A stretch of 64,000 nt of DNA from Mustelus asterias (GCF_964213995.1 NC_135812.1:62186001-62250000), one strand, 5' to 3'; counted from the first letter of the stretch, positions 1-12,488 are shown. The notes: generated from the letters alone by a model not told the origin. Made by a program: numbers and translations.

Positions 1-730
1 TCTCACTTGCAGACTTTTTCTGATTTCCTTTGTCTTTTTCGGAAACTTATTTGTAGATTCGGAACCTTTGTGTTTCTGGTTTCTTGGTGTCTTTTCTGCT
101 CATTTCCCAGGGCTTGAAAATCTGTTTTTTCTGCACTGTTGTACACCATGGTTCATGGTTAAGGACAGCAGTCTTCATTATTGTCTGTTTCTGTGAAAGG
201 CCTTCAAACTGATATTGCCCTAGTTCTTAAAAGGACCCATTTTTTAGCACATTATCAACCAATGATCATCTGTTAAGCGTCTTGTAGATTACTGTAATGA
301 ACAACTCAACTCATCTGAGGGAGATAATGGACTCTAAGTAATTAGTAGTGGTGTGACTTTTCAATTCTCGGTATCCAAAGAAGTAGTCCAAATGACACGA
401 ATCTTTATTTTTGATTTAAACTCTTCATAGGACAGTTTAGCTAACTGCCTTATGCAAAAAAAATTTAACAAGCAACACAGCATTTAACAAAGAACTCGTG
501 AGGCACAGTAATTATCTTAAACACAGTTGTGCTTTCAACTGCTGGGTGGATTGGCAGGATACCGTGTAGGATTTTGAGTGTTTTCTCTGTTTTAATGAAT
601 TCAATTTTAATAACAACACAGGGCATCAAAAAAAGATTTTAAAATTAATCTTCAGTTCCATCTGGAAGGCTGAAAATGTTTTAGATAGTCTCAGGTTCCC
701 CAAGCATTCAGTTCCTATACAGACTTTGTA

Positions 731-2146
731 TAGCAGTGGGAATGTTAGCTGACTTTTCCTTTGTCTCACCCTGGGCAGTCGACTGAACATTCCTAACTTG
801 ATCTCAGCTGAAATTTGCCATCTCAGCTTTGGTCATGGAGTGAACGATGAACCTAGCTGGCTGGAATATGTCACTGGGCAGTGCATGTAGTCACTGATGG
901 TCAGCTCTCCCCCACTCCCAAAGATCCTTTAATAAAATCCATTTGTAGCGTTCAGCAAGGGTCAAGTGCAATAGTGTGAAACATGCTTAAGGCAAATTGG
1001 AAGGCTGTTTTATACCAGGCATGATCTTCTTTTCTATTGACTTCAAAACAGAATTGGGCACAGTGTAAAACAGACTGACCATCTCGCTTTTGACCTCTTT
1101 AGTTTTGTTGTGAAGAACAATTTCATCCTTATTGTCTTCAATGTCTCTATTCCTTTTAACTTTGATATTTCTACACCACAGATGTAGATATTTGGTATTT
1201 CTACATACAACTTTATCCATCCTAGCAAATTTTGGAGCTAAGTCCAATGTTCTTCCTGTCTTCCTTCTGCAACTTGTTCTACTTACTTTTACATTTGATG
1301 TCTTGCGTTGAATCTTTTAATTGTGTTTCATTAGGTTGCTCTCATAGAACCATAGAATCCCTACAGTGCAGAATAAGACCATCTGGCCCATTGAGTCTAC
1401 ACCGACTCTGAAAGAACATCCCACCCAGGCCCTTTCCTCTGTCCTAGACCTACAACCATGTGCATTTACCATGGCTAATTCCCCCTAACCAACAGATCTT
1501 GGGACGCCAAGGAACAATTTAGCATGGCCAATCCACCTAACCTGCAAATCTTTGGACTGTGAGAGGAAACCGGAGCACCCGGAGAAAACCTATGCAGACA
1601 AGGGGAGAACGTGCAAACTCCACAGAAAGTCACCCAAGGCCAGAATTGAACCCAGGTCCCTGGCGCTGTGAACCACTGTGCCATCGTGCTGCCCACGTTA
1701 GGTGGGCCAAAATACTACCTTGAGGAATAGAGACATTGAAGACAATAAGGATGAAATTGTTCTTCACAACAAAACTAAAGAGGTCAAAAGCGAGATGGTC
1801 AGTCTGTTTTACACTGTGCCCAATTCTGTTTTGAAGTCAATAGAAAAGAAGATCATGCCTGGTATAAAACAGCCTTCCAATTTGCCATAAGCATGTTTCA
1901 CACTATTGCACTTGACCCTTGCTGAACGCTACAAATGGATTTTATTAAAGGATCTTTGGGAGTGGGGGAGAGCTGACCATCAGTGACTACATGCACTGCC
2001 CAGTGACATATTCCAGCCAGCTAGGTTCCACGTTCACTCCATGACCAAAGCTGAGATGGCAAATTTCAGCTGAGATCAAGTTAGGAATGTTCAGTCGACT
2101 GCCCAGGGTGAGACAAAGGAAAAGTCAGCTAACATTCCCACTGCTA
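731..2146. repeat. 424-bp inverted duplication (arms 731-1154 and 1723-2146) with a 568-bp spacer
   Basis: The arms are reverse complements with only about 3 mismatches seen; ORFs 987..1247(-) and 1702..1890(+) give the same peptide. Confidence 0.95.
1343..1695 (-). mobile_element. HE1-type tRNA-derived V-SINE with CR1-like tail
   Basis: Reverse strand reads GGCAGCACGATGGCACAGTGGTT, then B box GGTTCAATTC, V-domain GGTTTTCTCCGGGTGCTCCGGTTTCCTC and tail CTGCACTGTAGGGATTCTATG. Confidence 0.9.
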
Positions 2147-2975
2147 ATTATCATCCTTCATCCTGTTTGCCTGCCTCCTTCCTACTACATCGAAGAATAG
2201 GGAGAAAATTCAGCTAACAAAAAGAGAGCACTCTGTTCACCAGGTTGATAATGAACCTTCAGCATAATACATGCAGAGCATCAATTGGCTTTTGTGGTCA
2301 ATGTGGATGACATTAATATAATAATTCCTTTAACTGTGAAGATCGGATGGCACAATGGGATTAGCATGTTGCCCTTCACCAGTGAGACCAGACAGACTTG
2401 ATGGGATGAAAGTATCTTCTCTCTCTGCTAGGTACAAATTTTTTACATGAAATTTTGCTTCTGATCAGTCTAACTCCGAATGGGCATGGGCATCTTTGGG
2501 CATTAATTAACAATGGTCTTCATAAAGGCTATTGTATGTAGGGACGTGGAGAAGTTCACACAGGAGCTGTTAGGGTGGTCTGGTGAGTTTGGGATTGAGG
2601 TATATTCTTGAGACAGAATGGGGAGAGCCTTAGTCTGCATCCAAACATGCCACTCCTCATTAGTGCAGTCGTACTCTACAGTAGTGACATCCTTTGTCAG
2701 AGAGTCATAGAGCTTTACAGCACAGAACGAGGCCCTTCGGCCCATCATGTCTGCACTGACCATCAAGCAGCTATCTATTCTAATCCCATTTTCCAGCACT
2801 TGGTCTGTAGCCTTGTATACTTTGGTGTTTCAAAGTGTTCATCATTTGCTTTGATCATTGCGGGAAAAAAACAACCCCGTCAATACCAACGAGCAGAGCC
2901 GAAGTCTAACAGCTAAACTCAACACAAACATTTATCCTCCATTTATTCTGATACTTTTTACATTTCCTCCTTCAG

Positions 2976-3127
2976 CCAGAAGAGCTGACGAATGCCCTGG
3001 AGATCAGCAATATCGTCTTCACCAGCCTGTTTGCATTGGAAATGCTTTTAAAGATTCTGGTATATGGGCCATTTGGATACATCAAGAACCCTTACAACAT
3101 TTTCGATGGAATCATTGTAGTCATCAG
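2976..3127 (+). CDS. CACNA1G: Cav3.1 T-type calcium channel coding exon (equivalent to human exon 10), domain II S2-S3
   Basis: ttcag|CCA...ATC AG|gtaaat; 152 nt; [50 protein letters not shown](S), recognisable Cav3 domain II sequence; ends in phase 2. Confidence 0.96.
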
Positions 3128-4893
3128 GTAAATTGTCATTAGTAAATGCAAAATGATTTCATTAAACAGTAAAATATCACACACAGGAATCTGTGCACTA
3201 AAAAAAGCATTAAAAATAATATGGACTATTGACTCACTATCATCCAATTTATATTAATGCACAAAGGCAAAACCTATCACCTTGTCTCTTTCTTTTGTGT
3301 GAACCTCATTCCCCTCTCCATTTTTCTCATCTTGCACATTCCTTTCCACCCTTTGTGTCATGGAGTCCAAATAATGCCACCCCTTCAGATAACCATGAGT
3401 GAAAGTTCCAATCATGAGCATCACATCAGGCTCTCTTTCAACTGGTGGAATCTTGTGGGGGCAGCAGGGGTCTCAGCCACAGCGTGGAGAGCCGGCAAGA
3501 GCCCTGCGTCGCCTCTTTTTGAGAAGACAGGTCAGCAGTGGGCCTTCCCTTGGGATCCAGGGGTCCCAGCAGTGGAGACCTGCCAAGGATTGCCGGTCAG
3601 TCAGAGGTTGGCAGCTCCTTTATAGTCAGCAGCGTCACAGGGGAGGTGGTAACTTCTGCCAACACAACACCCTGACAAAGGCTCCAATCTAGGAGGTACC
3701 CAAACACAGGTGAATGATGTGGTGAGGTGGGTGTGGAGTGGTGGGGTGGTTTGGCAGCAAGGGCAGAGGGGTGGTTTTCAGCAGGTCCCCCTTTCCTGAT
3801 GCCAGGACACTCAATCAGGTGTGGAGTGCCTTTGAACGAGGGATACCCCCTCCAGCAGAAGCCCGCAAGCAAACATGTCACGGTTCCGGAGTGGCAAGCC
3901 CCTGCCTCACCACTGCTGGGTGGCATCAGGGTGAGGCCCTTAAATCTGTCCACAAGCTGTGCCATTACAGATTTAATCAGGGCAGAGGCAGTCAGGTGGT
4001 GGAGTTGCCACATACCATCCTCTTTCACAATTAAATACCAGCCCCTCACCCCAGCACCGCCCAGCCCCACCCCACCACCCTGCTATGGGGAAGGTAAGAG
4101 ATTCTGTCCAAAGTATTTTTCCCTCTGTTGAATCTTCAATCACTAACTCCAAATTGACAAGTTAGTGTGATTCTGATTGGATGCCACAAAATACTGTAAA
4201 TCAAGAGCAACCCAGGAGTGGTGTGTGCTTTGCATGACTGTAGCGTGATGACACTGAATCTTACCTAACTACCAATACGATGACTGGGATTTTATCACCT
4301 CACTTGACTGAGACTGGAAATTCCCCTCCGAGGCCAATGGAGATTTCCGTTGTCGGACCCTCGCCCGCTCCGATTCCATGGCGGGCGAGGTGGTGGTGTC
4401 CCAGCGCATATATCTTATACATTTATATAATGCTGTTCTTTGTTTCTACTTGCTTTTCAATTAAACTTATTATTATTATATTGTGAGAAGCAAGGGACCA
4501 TATTGGAAATCAGTCACGAGATGAGGGAGGGTTAATTTACTGTTTTGGTAAAGGGAACCCTTACAGGACCAATGATGTCACATGCCGAATGTTGTCATGG
4601 CAGCTTCACCAAATAATGACTTTTTGTCAAACTAGATCAATTTCTCTTCCTGCAATCATCCCACTTGTGGTTTTAATTAATCCCATTTCAAAAACAGCTC
4701 CATAGTTTATCGGGAGTTAGATTGCCTTTCCTGCCCATTCCAGACATTGCATCTGAGAGTGTGACTTTCTGAAGTAAGCCCCAATTTCCTCCTGCACTTG
4801 TTGAGATTTCTGCCTGTTGTGAAGTTCAAGAGTTGAATGATATTTAATTGTAAACTCTCATACTAATTTGTCCTGCTCGTCACTGCTCCCCAG

Positions 4894-5079
4894 TGTGTGG
4901 GAAATTGTAGGTCAGCAGGGTGGAGGCCTCTCGGTGCTACGTACCTTCCGGCTGATGCGAGTGCTAAAGTTGGTACGGTTTATGCCAGCCCTGCAGCGCC
5001 AACTGGTGGTCCTGATGAAGACAATGGACAACGTTGCGACCTTCTGTATGCTGCTGATGCTTTTCATCTTCATCTTCAG
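4894..5079 (+). CDS. CACNA1G: Cav3.1 coding exon (exon 11 equivalent), domain II S3-S4 voltage sensor and S5
   Basis: ccccag|T...TTC AG|gtgagt; 186 nt; [61 protein letters not shown](S); S4 R/K periodicity; phase 2-2. Confidence 0.97.
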
Positions 5080-5189
5080 GTGAGTGGGAAGCAGTGTCCC
5101 CCATTCCTCACACAATAACTCAAGAGTCTATGTGCACCTGGGCTGCAAAACATCATTGGGGGAACAGGGTAGTGAGGAAAATCAGAATA

Positions 5190-5750
5190 TAAGAACTAGG
5201 AACAGGAGTAGGCCATTCAGCCCCTTGAGCCTGTTCCGCCATTCAATACGATCACGGCTGATCTCATCTCGGCCTCATCTCCACCTTCCTGCCCACTCCC
5301 CATAACCCTTCATCCTGCTATTAATTGACACCTGTATATCTGTCGCCTTAAATTTGTTTAGTGTTCGGCATTCTCTGCACTCTGGAGTAAAGAATTTCAC
5401 AGATTCACAACCCTTTAAGTGAAGTAATTCCTCCTCATTTCTGCCTTAACCTAAAACCATGGCCTCGCATACTAGAATGACCAACGAGGGAAAACATCCG
5501 CTCTATGTCTACCCTGCCAATCTCCTTTAGCATCTTATAAATCTCAATTAGATCTCCTCTTAGTCTTCTAAATTCCAGCAACTAAAGGCCTAAACTGCTC
5601 GGTCTCTCTTCAAAAGACAAGCCCTTCACCCCTGGAATCAATCTAGTGAACATTCTCTGAACCACCTCTAATACATTTACATCCTTCCTCAAGTAAGGAG
5701 ACCAAAACTGTGAGCAATACTCCAGATACAGTCTTACTGATGCCCTGTCA
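5190..5750 (-). mobile_element. CR1/HER1 LINE 3' fragment
   Basis: Minus ORF LEYCSQFWSPYLRKDVNVLEVVQRMFTRLIPG plus a CR1-type 3' UTR. Confidence 0.85.
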
Positions 5751-6589
5751 GATGGGGGGGTTATCACCACTAACAGAGTCTGCCTGAATTTCCTCCTGTC
5801 TGAATCAATGGACAGAAAATTGGGGCAGGTTCCCTTCCAGACATGCAGTCCTCCCTGCCTCATCTTCTTCTCCATGTTCTACCCAGACTATGCTTTATGC
5901 CAGGCCCATTCACTCATAAACTGAAAGTAATTGGCAAATTGGTTCAATAAGCAGCCCTTTTCTCGTGTAGTATAAATTGTTATGATTGTTTGAAATTTGG
6001 CATTCTTCTATTTATCTTGGTGAGTGCAAGACAAAAAGCTTCTGCAGCATCTCTCTTTTCAGTTATATTCAAATAAGTTGATCTTCCGTATCCATAAGAG
6101 GAGCAAACTCTTTAAGTCTTCATATCTCATGCAACGGAATAGATTGAAGTAGATTCACAATCAATAAACAATATTTTAACTCACTCAAAACCCATTCATT
6201 CACTTACAGTGTTAAAATAAGGCCCAAAGATTCGGATGCAAATACGTCAGGATGATTTTTGTTTCTATCGAAAGAAACAATTTGAGAGACGGGCATCACA
6301 GAGCAGAACACAGTCAATGTTGAAAGGTTTATGTAGGGAACACACTTACAGAAGTATATCAACCACCCCTCAAATCTGATCCACCATTCAATTAGATCAT
6401 GGTGGATTTGCCTCCGAGCTCCATTTAGCTGCCTTGTTTGCATATCCTTTATTAAAAATCTATCAAACCTCAGTTTAAATGTTATTTGTAGAACAGAATA
6501 TAGGATTATCCTGAAGTAAATTGAGAGGTGGCAATATATTTTGATTGGTGATTATCATGGGATTAAAGAACAGCTTCTGTTTTCCCTAT

Positions 6590-6900
6590 TCATTCATGGG
6601 ATGTGGGTGAAACTGCCTGGGCCTTCCCGAATTGCCCTTGAACTAAGGGCATTTAAGAGTCAGCCACGTTGTTGTGGGCCTGGAATCACACGTAAGCCAG
6701 ACCAGGTAAGAATGGAAGATTTTCTTCCCTAAAGGCCATTGTTTTTAGAACAATCAACAATGGTTTTAGTGGTCATCAAATTTTTATTGAATTAAAATTT
6801 CATTATCTGCCATGTTGGGATTCAAATCCAGGTCCCCAGACCTTTACCCTGGGACCCTGGATTACTAGGCCAGTGGGAATATCACTACACCAGCAGCTCC
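6590..6900 (-). mobile_element. tRNA-derived SINE (second family)
   Basis: Reverse complement of the family at 6915, 12492, 26640 and 61841 (shared CTTTAGGGAAG..AAATC and CTTACCTGGTCTGG blocks). Confidence 0.7.
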
Positions 6901-6914
6901 CTTAGATGTGAGGA

Positions 6915-7235
6915 GGCAGTGGTATTATCACTGGATTAATAATCCATAGTCCCAGGATCTGGGGACCCGGATTCAAATCCCACCATGGCAGATGTTGAAA
7001 TTTGAATTCAATAAAATTTGGAATTAAAAGTCTAATGATGACCATGAAACTCATCTGGTTCCCTAATGTCCTTTAGGGAAGGAAATCTTCTGCCCTTACC
7101 TAGTCTGGCCTACATGTGACTCCAGGTCCACAGCAATGTGGTTGACTCTCAAATGCCCGCTGAAATGGAGGGCAGTTTAGGGGTGGGCAATAAAATGCAG
7201 GTCCAGCCAGCAACCATCCCATAACATTTTTTTAA
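6915..7235 (+). mobile_element. tRNA-derived SINE (second family)
   Basis: A/B-box head GTGGTATTATCACTGG...GGATTCAAATCCCACCATGGCAG; body TAATGTCCTTTAGGGAAGGAAATC shared with other copies. Confidence 0.8.
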
Positions 7236-7399
7236 AAATAATGACAAGTATGGACAACAAAGTAATTTTTGGAGGGTAATGTGGATTTTTCCTGGGAGAT
7301 TCCCAAGGAGAAAGAAAGATGGATTGGGAGTAAAAGTAGGACAGGGGTAAATTTGCAAGTATCAATCTTCAGAATGATGGAAAGAACATATTACTTGCA

Positions 7400-7790
7400 T
7401 CCCAAAGTCAATTGAAGCAGTTTTGAACTGATGTTTGTAGTCACTATTATAATGTAGCTAATTAGCAGCTAATTTGCATAGAGCAAGGTTCCACAATTAG
7501 CATTGTGAGAAAGACCAGGCAGTCAGTTTTAGTGATATAGACAGGGGATAATTATTGGTCAGAAAACCAGGCAGAGCGTCCTGGATAGTAGTATCACAAG
7601 ATAATTTATGTGCAACTGAAAGAATGGATGCAACCTCAAATTTAATGTCTCAACTGAAACACAGCATCACCAGCAATGTAGCACTCACTCAGTCCAGCAC
7701 TGCACTGGTGTGTCATCAGCCTGGACTTGTGCTCAAGTTTCTGGAGTGGGATTTGAACCCTCAGACTCAGAGGCAAGAGTGCTATAAAAA
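7400..7790 (-). mobile_element. Degenerate Deu-domain SINE (SacSINE1-like)
   Basis: Reverse strand has GGGTTCAAATCCCACTCCAGAAACTTGAGCACAA...CAGTGCAGTGCTG, resembling the copies at 33125 and 34470. Confidence 0.6.
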
Positions 7791-8257
7791 TTTCCTATTC
7801 AGCACCCTAAGAATAAATTCACCTCAGAGGCACCCAACTATCCCAAAATCACTACTTCCTTGGTCTGACATCTCCCCTATGAGGTGCCTAAATGCTAAGA
7901 ATGTGTTTTAATTCTTTCTTGGGATGTGGAGATTGCTAGCAAGCCAACATTTATTGCCCATCTAGTCCAGTGACATTAGTACAGATCCACCATCTCTCCT
8001 TAAAATAGCTCATTCTATTCCAAGAGTGCTTCCTGTGACAGATTACAGAATTGATCCGATAGTCAACTGGGAAAAATGCATGGCTGCTCAGAACCTACAT
8101 GAAGTAAACGGGATTTGGGAAGGCACCGGAATGAACTTTGTAAAGTATCAGCTTTTTAATGTTGCCACCGTTGCCAACAATCCCAAAGTGTCTTTTAAAT
8201 CCTATAATTAAATACCCTTTCACTCCAATAATTATGTTATTCTGTTTTCCCTTACAG

Positions 8258-8372
8258 TATTCTGGGAATGCATCTTTTTGGCTGCAAGTTTGCATCAGAA
8301 AAAGAAGGAGACACTCTCCCTGACAGAAAGAACTTTGACTCACTTCTTTGGGCTATTGTAACCGTCTTCCAG
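8258..8372 (+). CDS. CACNA1G: Cav3.1 coding exon (exon 12 equivalent), domain II turret and P1 helix
   Basis: ttacag|T ATT...CAG|gtatag; 115 nt; [38 protein letters not shown]; phase 2-0. Confidence 0.96.
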
Positions 8373-8419
8373 GTATAGAACGTTATACTCAACCTTTAGC
8401 AATCACTGGGAAGAGTTCG

Positions 8420-9200
8420 ACTGAGCATGGTGCACAATTATGAGCATCGCACTTTCGGGAGGGAGGTTGAGATCTTGAGGAGGGCACAGTGGAGATTTAT
8501 GAGAATCATACCATGGGACGAAGAACTTGCGTTTTTTGGCAGAGAAACAATAGAAACTGATTGTTCCTGTTAGAACAGAGGAAGTTCACAGGAGATTTAA
8601 TCGAGGTATTCAACATTTTGAAGGATTTTAGTAATAAGGAGAAACTGTCCACACGGCCAGGTGGGTCAGGAGCTGGAGGAGAGAGATTTAAGAGAATTGG
8701 CAAATTAACCAGCGAGGTGGTGAGGAGATATTCTGCACTGAGTTTTATTGATCTGGAATGGACGTTTTAAACAGATTCAGTAATAACTTTCAAAAGTGTT
8801 ATGATGGTTCATCAGTAGAACTCCCTGTCGCCTAGTAGAACACGAGATCCCCTGTTAGGTGAGTGGAAGCTCACCCAATAGGAAAGGAGCAGCGAGGGGA
8901 TTTAAAACCAGCTGGCTCCACTCAGGCCAGCAGTCGATAGACACGGGGCTGACCTGTACTCTGGAGCCGCTAAGCGGCACTTTGAGCACTTTGTAAATAG
9001 ACGGTGATGGTGACGAAAGACTTGCCTCAATGAGATTATTACAAAGAGGACATTGGATATATAGTTAAAGGTGAAATACTTTCAAGGGCATGGGAAAAGA
9101 ACAGGGCAATGGGATTAATTGGACAATTATTTTAATGGGCCAGTACAAACACAATGGGTGAATGGTCTTCTCCTGTGCTGAATCAGTCTAGGATTCTAAT
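8420..9200 (+). mobile_element. CR1 LINE 3' fragment interrupted by the 8797-9043 insert
   Basis: Peptide LEQRKFTGDLIEVFNILKDF; CR1 3' UTR resumes after 9043. Confidence 0.75.
8797..9043 (+). mobile_element. Probable solo LTR
   Basis: TGTTAT...ATTACA termini, near-TSD aaag/aag, internal CCAAT, TATA-like ATTTAAAA and polyA-like AATAGA; splits a CR1 fragment. Confidence 0.6.
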
Positions 9201-9849
9201 AAAGTCCCCAGGGTTTAAGTGGACAAAAAGTTTCCTAATCTCCCACCAAGCGTTGCTGCAGAAATCTCCATTTTTCCTAATAAATTTTTTATGTCGATGA
9301 TTTGAAAAATATCATTGTTTTCATTCTTCGTAATGTTCTTCCCGGGCTACATACAGTATGAGAGATGTGAAAGAGTAACTCTCAATTTTGGAGTGTGGCA
9401 GAGATGACAGAACAATTGTCACATCGGTTCAGGATGCCCGTATAGGCTTGATTTTCCTTGCCCTTATGTGCTTACATCCTTGGACACTTCTCAACAACTC
9501 CTCTGGTTAGCACAGCTGACGTTGAGAAGTTAGAATGTGAAACATTACAGCATGGTACTAATCCCTTTCCAGTAAGAATTGGCCTGGATTTACAGGAGGG
9601 AGGTGGAAGGCTCATTGCTAATTGATTGATGAAGCATTCCAAGTACAACTGCTAATTATGTGCATAATACTCTGAGTTGGACAAGCCTGATTTCCTCTCG
9701 GAGTTCAGTCATAATCGTCACACTATGACACTGGCATCAATGCAGGAATTCAGCTAGTTTCCAGTTTTTGAACAATGCACATCTGTACTCGATTTTAACA
9801 TTCTCATCTTTGTGTTCAGGTCGTTATGTGATCTCTCCCCATCACTAAA

Positions 9850-10500
9850 ACATCCTTCAGACCATCAATCCCTGAGATCTCTGCACTCCTCCAATTTTGA
9901 CCTGTTGCATATCCCTGCTTTCAACAGTTCATCATTGCTGACCGTGCCTTCAATTACCTAGGCCTTAAACTCAGGCATTCCCTCCCTAAACCTTTCCATC
10001 TCTCTACCCCTCTGTCCTCATTTATCTTGATTGTCTTTCACCAAACCTTTGATCATTGATCCCTACAGTGCAGAAGCAGGCCATTCGGCCCATCGAGTCT
10101 GCTCTCCAACAGAGCATCCCATCCAAACCCTAACCCCATGTATTTACCCCATTAATCTCCCTAACCTACACATCCTGGGACACTAAGGGGCAATTTAGCA
10201 TGGCCAATCCACCTAACCTGCACATCTTTGGAGCGTGGGAGGAAACAGAAGAAAACCCATGCAGACATGGGGAGAACATGCAAACTCTGCACAGACAGTC
10301 ACCCAAGGCTGGAATTGAACCTGGGTCCCTGGTGCTGTGATGCAGCAGTGCTAACCACTGTGCCACCCCTTGATTAGCTGTCCTAATTTCTTATTGCGTA
10401 GCTTGGTGTCAAATTTTGTCAGATAACACTGCTGTAAAGCAACTTTGGATGTTTTTACTGATTTAAAGCTGATATATAAATGCTGAATGTTGTTGCATAT
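9850..10500 (+). mobile_element. L2-like LINE 3' fragment containing an inserted HE1 SINE
   Basis: Similar to the L2 fragment at 28730-29340 (GTGCCTTCA...CATTCCCTCCCTAAACCTTTCC); ends in a TGTTGTTG-type tail. Confidence 0.55.
10060..10367 (-). mobile_element. HE1-type V-SINE
   Basis: Reverse strand GGTGGCACAGTGGTTAGCACTGCTGC head, V domain and CR1-like tail. Confidence 0.9.
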
Positions 10501-10616
10501 TTCTTCTCATTTGTGAAAAATTAGCCCCTTTCTTCCGTGAACAAATATTATTATGGCTGTAATGAATATCTCATTAAATAAGTACAGTACCCCATCTTGA
10601 TTAATGTTGTGACAAT

Positions 10617-10751
10617 GTCCAGAATTCTCCGACCTCACCAATGGCTGGGATTCTCCAGTCTGCTGCAGTGAATGGAGATTTGGCTGAGCGCCAAATTCTG
10701 CGTTCTCACTGGCAGTGGTGGCAGGACTTGCGAGATCAAGGAATTCCAGCC
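10617..10751. mobile_element. Short MITE, subfamily A (PIF/Harbinger-like)
   Basis: Imperfect TIRs GTCCAGAATTC / GAATTCCAGCC, AAT on both flanks, internal GATTTGGC..GCCAAATT hairpin shared with other copies. Confidence 0.65.
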
Positions 10752-10839
10752 AATGTGTTTCTCTAGTATTATTCTGTTACGTGCAATTGCATGCAGAGGA
10801 TGCATTAATACTTTGAAAGGCTTCTTACATGGACTAGTC

Positions 10840-11114
10840 ATGATGTGGAGATGCCGGCATTGGACTGGGGTAGGCACAGTAAGAAGTCTCACAACACCAG
10901 GTTAAAGTCCAACAGGTTTATTTGGTAGCACGAGCTTTCGGAGCGCTGCTCCTTCGCATTCCAACCATTATCTTGTAAATTGAGTCTGTGCCTATACATG
11001 CCCTGTTTGTGCACCCAACTCTTCACTCACTTGATAAAGGTGCAGTGCTCCGAAAGCTCGTGCTACCAAATAAACCTGTTGCTCTTTAACCTGGTGTTGT
11101 GAGACTTCCTGCTG
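10840..11114 (-). mobile_element. Penelope-like element remnant: tail plus inverted pLTR
   Basis: 14-bp TSD TACATGGACTAGTC (10826-10839, 11115-11128); inverted arms of about 80 bp; degenerate hammerhead at 11028-11063. Confidence 0.85.
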
Positions 11115-12416
11115 TACATGGACTAGTCCCAACGGACATTTACACATTTCCATTTGAGGACTGTGTTCAGTGGATGAGGGGAGAATAACAGGAGGCTACC
11201 GCAGATATCAACTTTGTTTTGGGCAATAATCAAAGTCCAACAATCAACTGTACAATCCCTCAAGAGTGATGTGAGAAACAAGCAGCTTTATACCTCTCTA
11301 CATCAGCCAACTAAGGAGAAACCTTTCAGGAGCAGAAGTAATGGGTCTGGGGAGTGAAGTGTATGCAGTTATCTATCGAACTCTACTTGATGTAACTACA
11401 TATCAGTTTCATAAGTTGTAAAGCAATGGAAAATTGCCAACTTTGTTTCCACACAAGAACCTGGCCTAAGACCCATGTGGCAATGACTTTTGGCAGAGCT
11501 GCTAGATGTTATTGCTGTTGGATCACAAAGTTGCTTTGCATTTTAGAAATATTTTGCCAACTTTGAGCCAGCCTGTCGCCTATTGACCTATGGATTGTCC
11601 TTAGTAGAAGAATGTAGTAAACAAGTCGACTATACGACAACACTTTGATTTATATAGTGCCTTTAACATTGTAAAATGCCCCAAGGCGCTTCACCAAAGC
11701 TATGACTTGTTTTGGTAGAACTGGTGCACAGATGGTGACAATATTGCTCTGTAGAGCTGCCAATCTCCCACAAGCAAGAAGTAGAATCAAGTCATTTAAA
11801 AAAATCATTTCTCAAGGAAACAATTTCCATTTGCCTTCATTTTCCATCAGCCACCTGCCAGCGATTCACTTTTCATCCATTTCTAAAATATTGCTGGTCA
11901 ATTAAACCCTATGCAATACCCTGGATCCATCATTCTCAAAATCAGGGAGTTTATACAGTGAAAATTGGCAAGATTTAATCATGAAACAATCCTGTACTTT
12001 CCAATGTAGTTGATAATGGCCCTCGTCCAGCTTTAATAGCTACTTGGATCTAAACACTGACTCCCACGATCACCTGAATCAGCAAAGGACCAGCTGGCAT
12101 TCCTGATGACCATATAATCCGCACCCATAAGAGGTTTTTTTTGTTGTAAGGATGCCAAGTACAATCCAGAACAGTTGGAGCAGGTCTGAAACAGGAAGCT
12201 GCTGACTTGCATTGGCATCCCACTTACCCAGTCAAAAGTTTTTTCTGGGCAAGTGGGTCATGTTTGGCACCAAATTCTGGCCAAGCACCTAGACACTGGC
12301 ATCAGCTGCCAGGCAGGACTTAATAAAAGTAATGCTGCAACACCGGCCACAAAAACAGAACTGACTTGGGATGTTCACGGAAGCCTATCACCAGAGCGTC
12401 TAAGTATGTCAGTGGT

Positions 12417-12488
12417 CACAGTAAGTCGTCTCACAACACCAGGTTAAAGTCCAACAGGTTTATTTGGTAGCACGAGCTTTCGGAGCGT
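12417..12488 (-). mobile_element. Penelope-like pLTR fragment without tail
   Basis: 10-bp TSD TGTCAGTGGT (12407-12416, 12489-12498); CACAACACCAGGTTAAAGTCCAACAGGTTTATTTGGTAGC shared with the other copies. Confidence 0.8.

Noticed and set aside
987-1890. Two ORFs on opposite strands encoding the same peptide
   Set aside because: A consequence of the inverted duplication; no recognisable domain or splice structure
3257-4131. Cluster of 100-157-aa GC-rich ORFs
   Set aside because: Overlapping in several frames with no protein motifs; probably the interior of a non-autonomous DNA transposon
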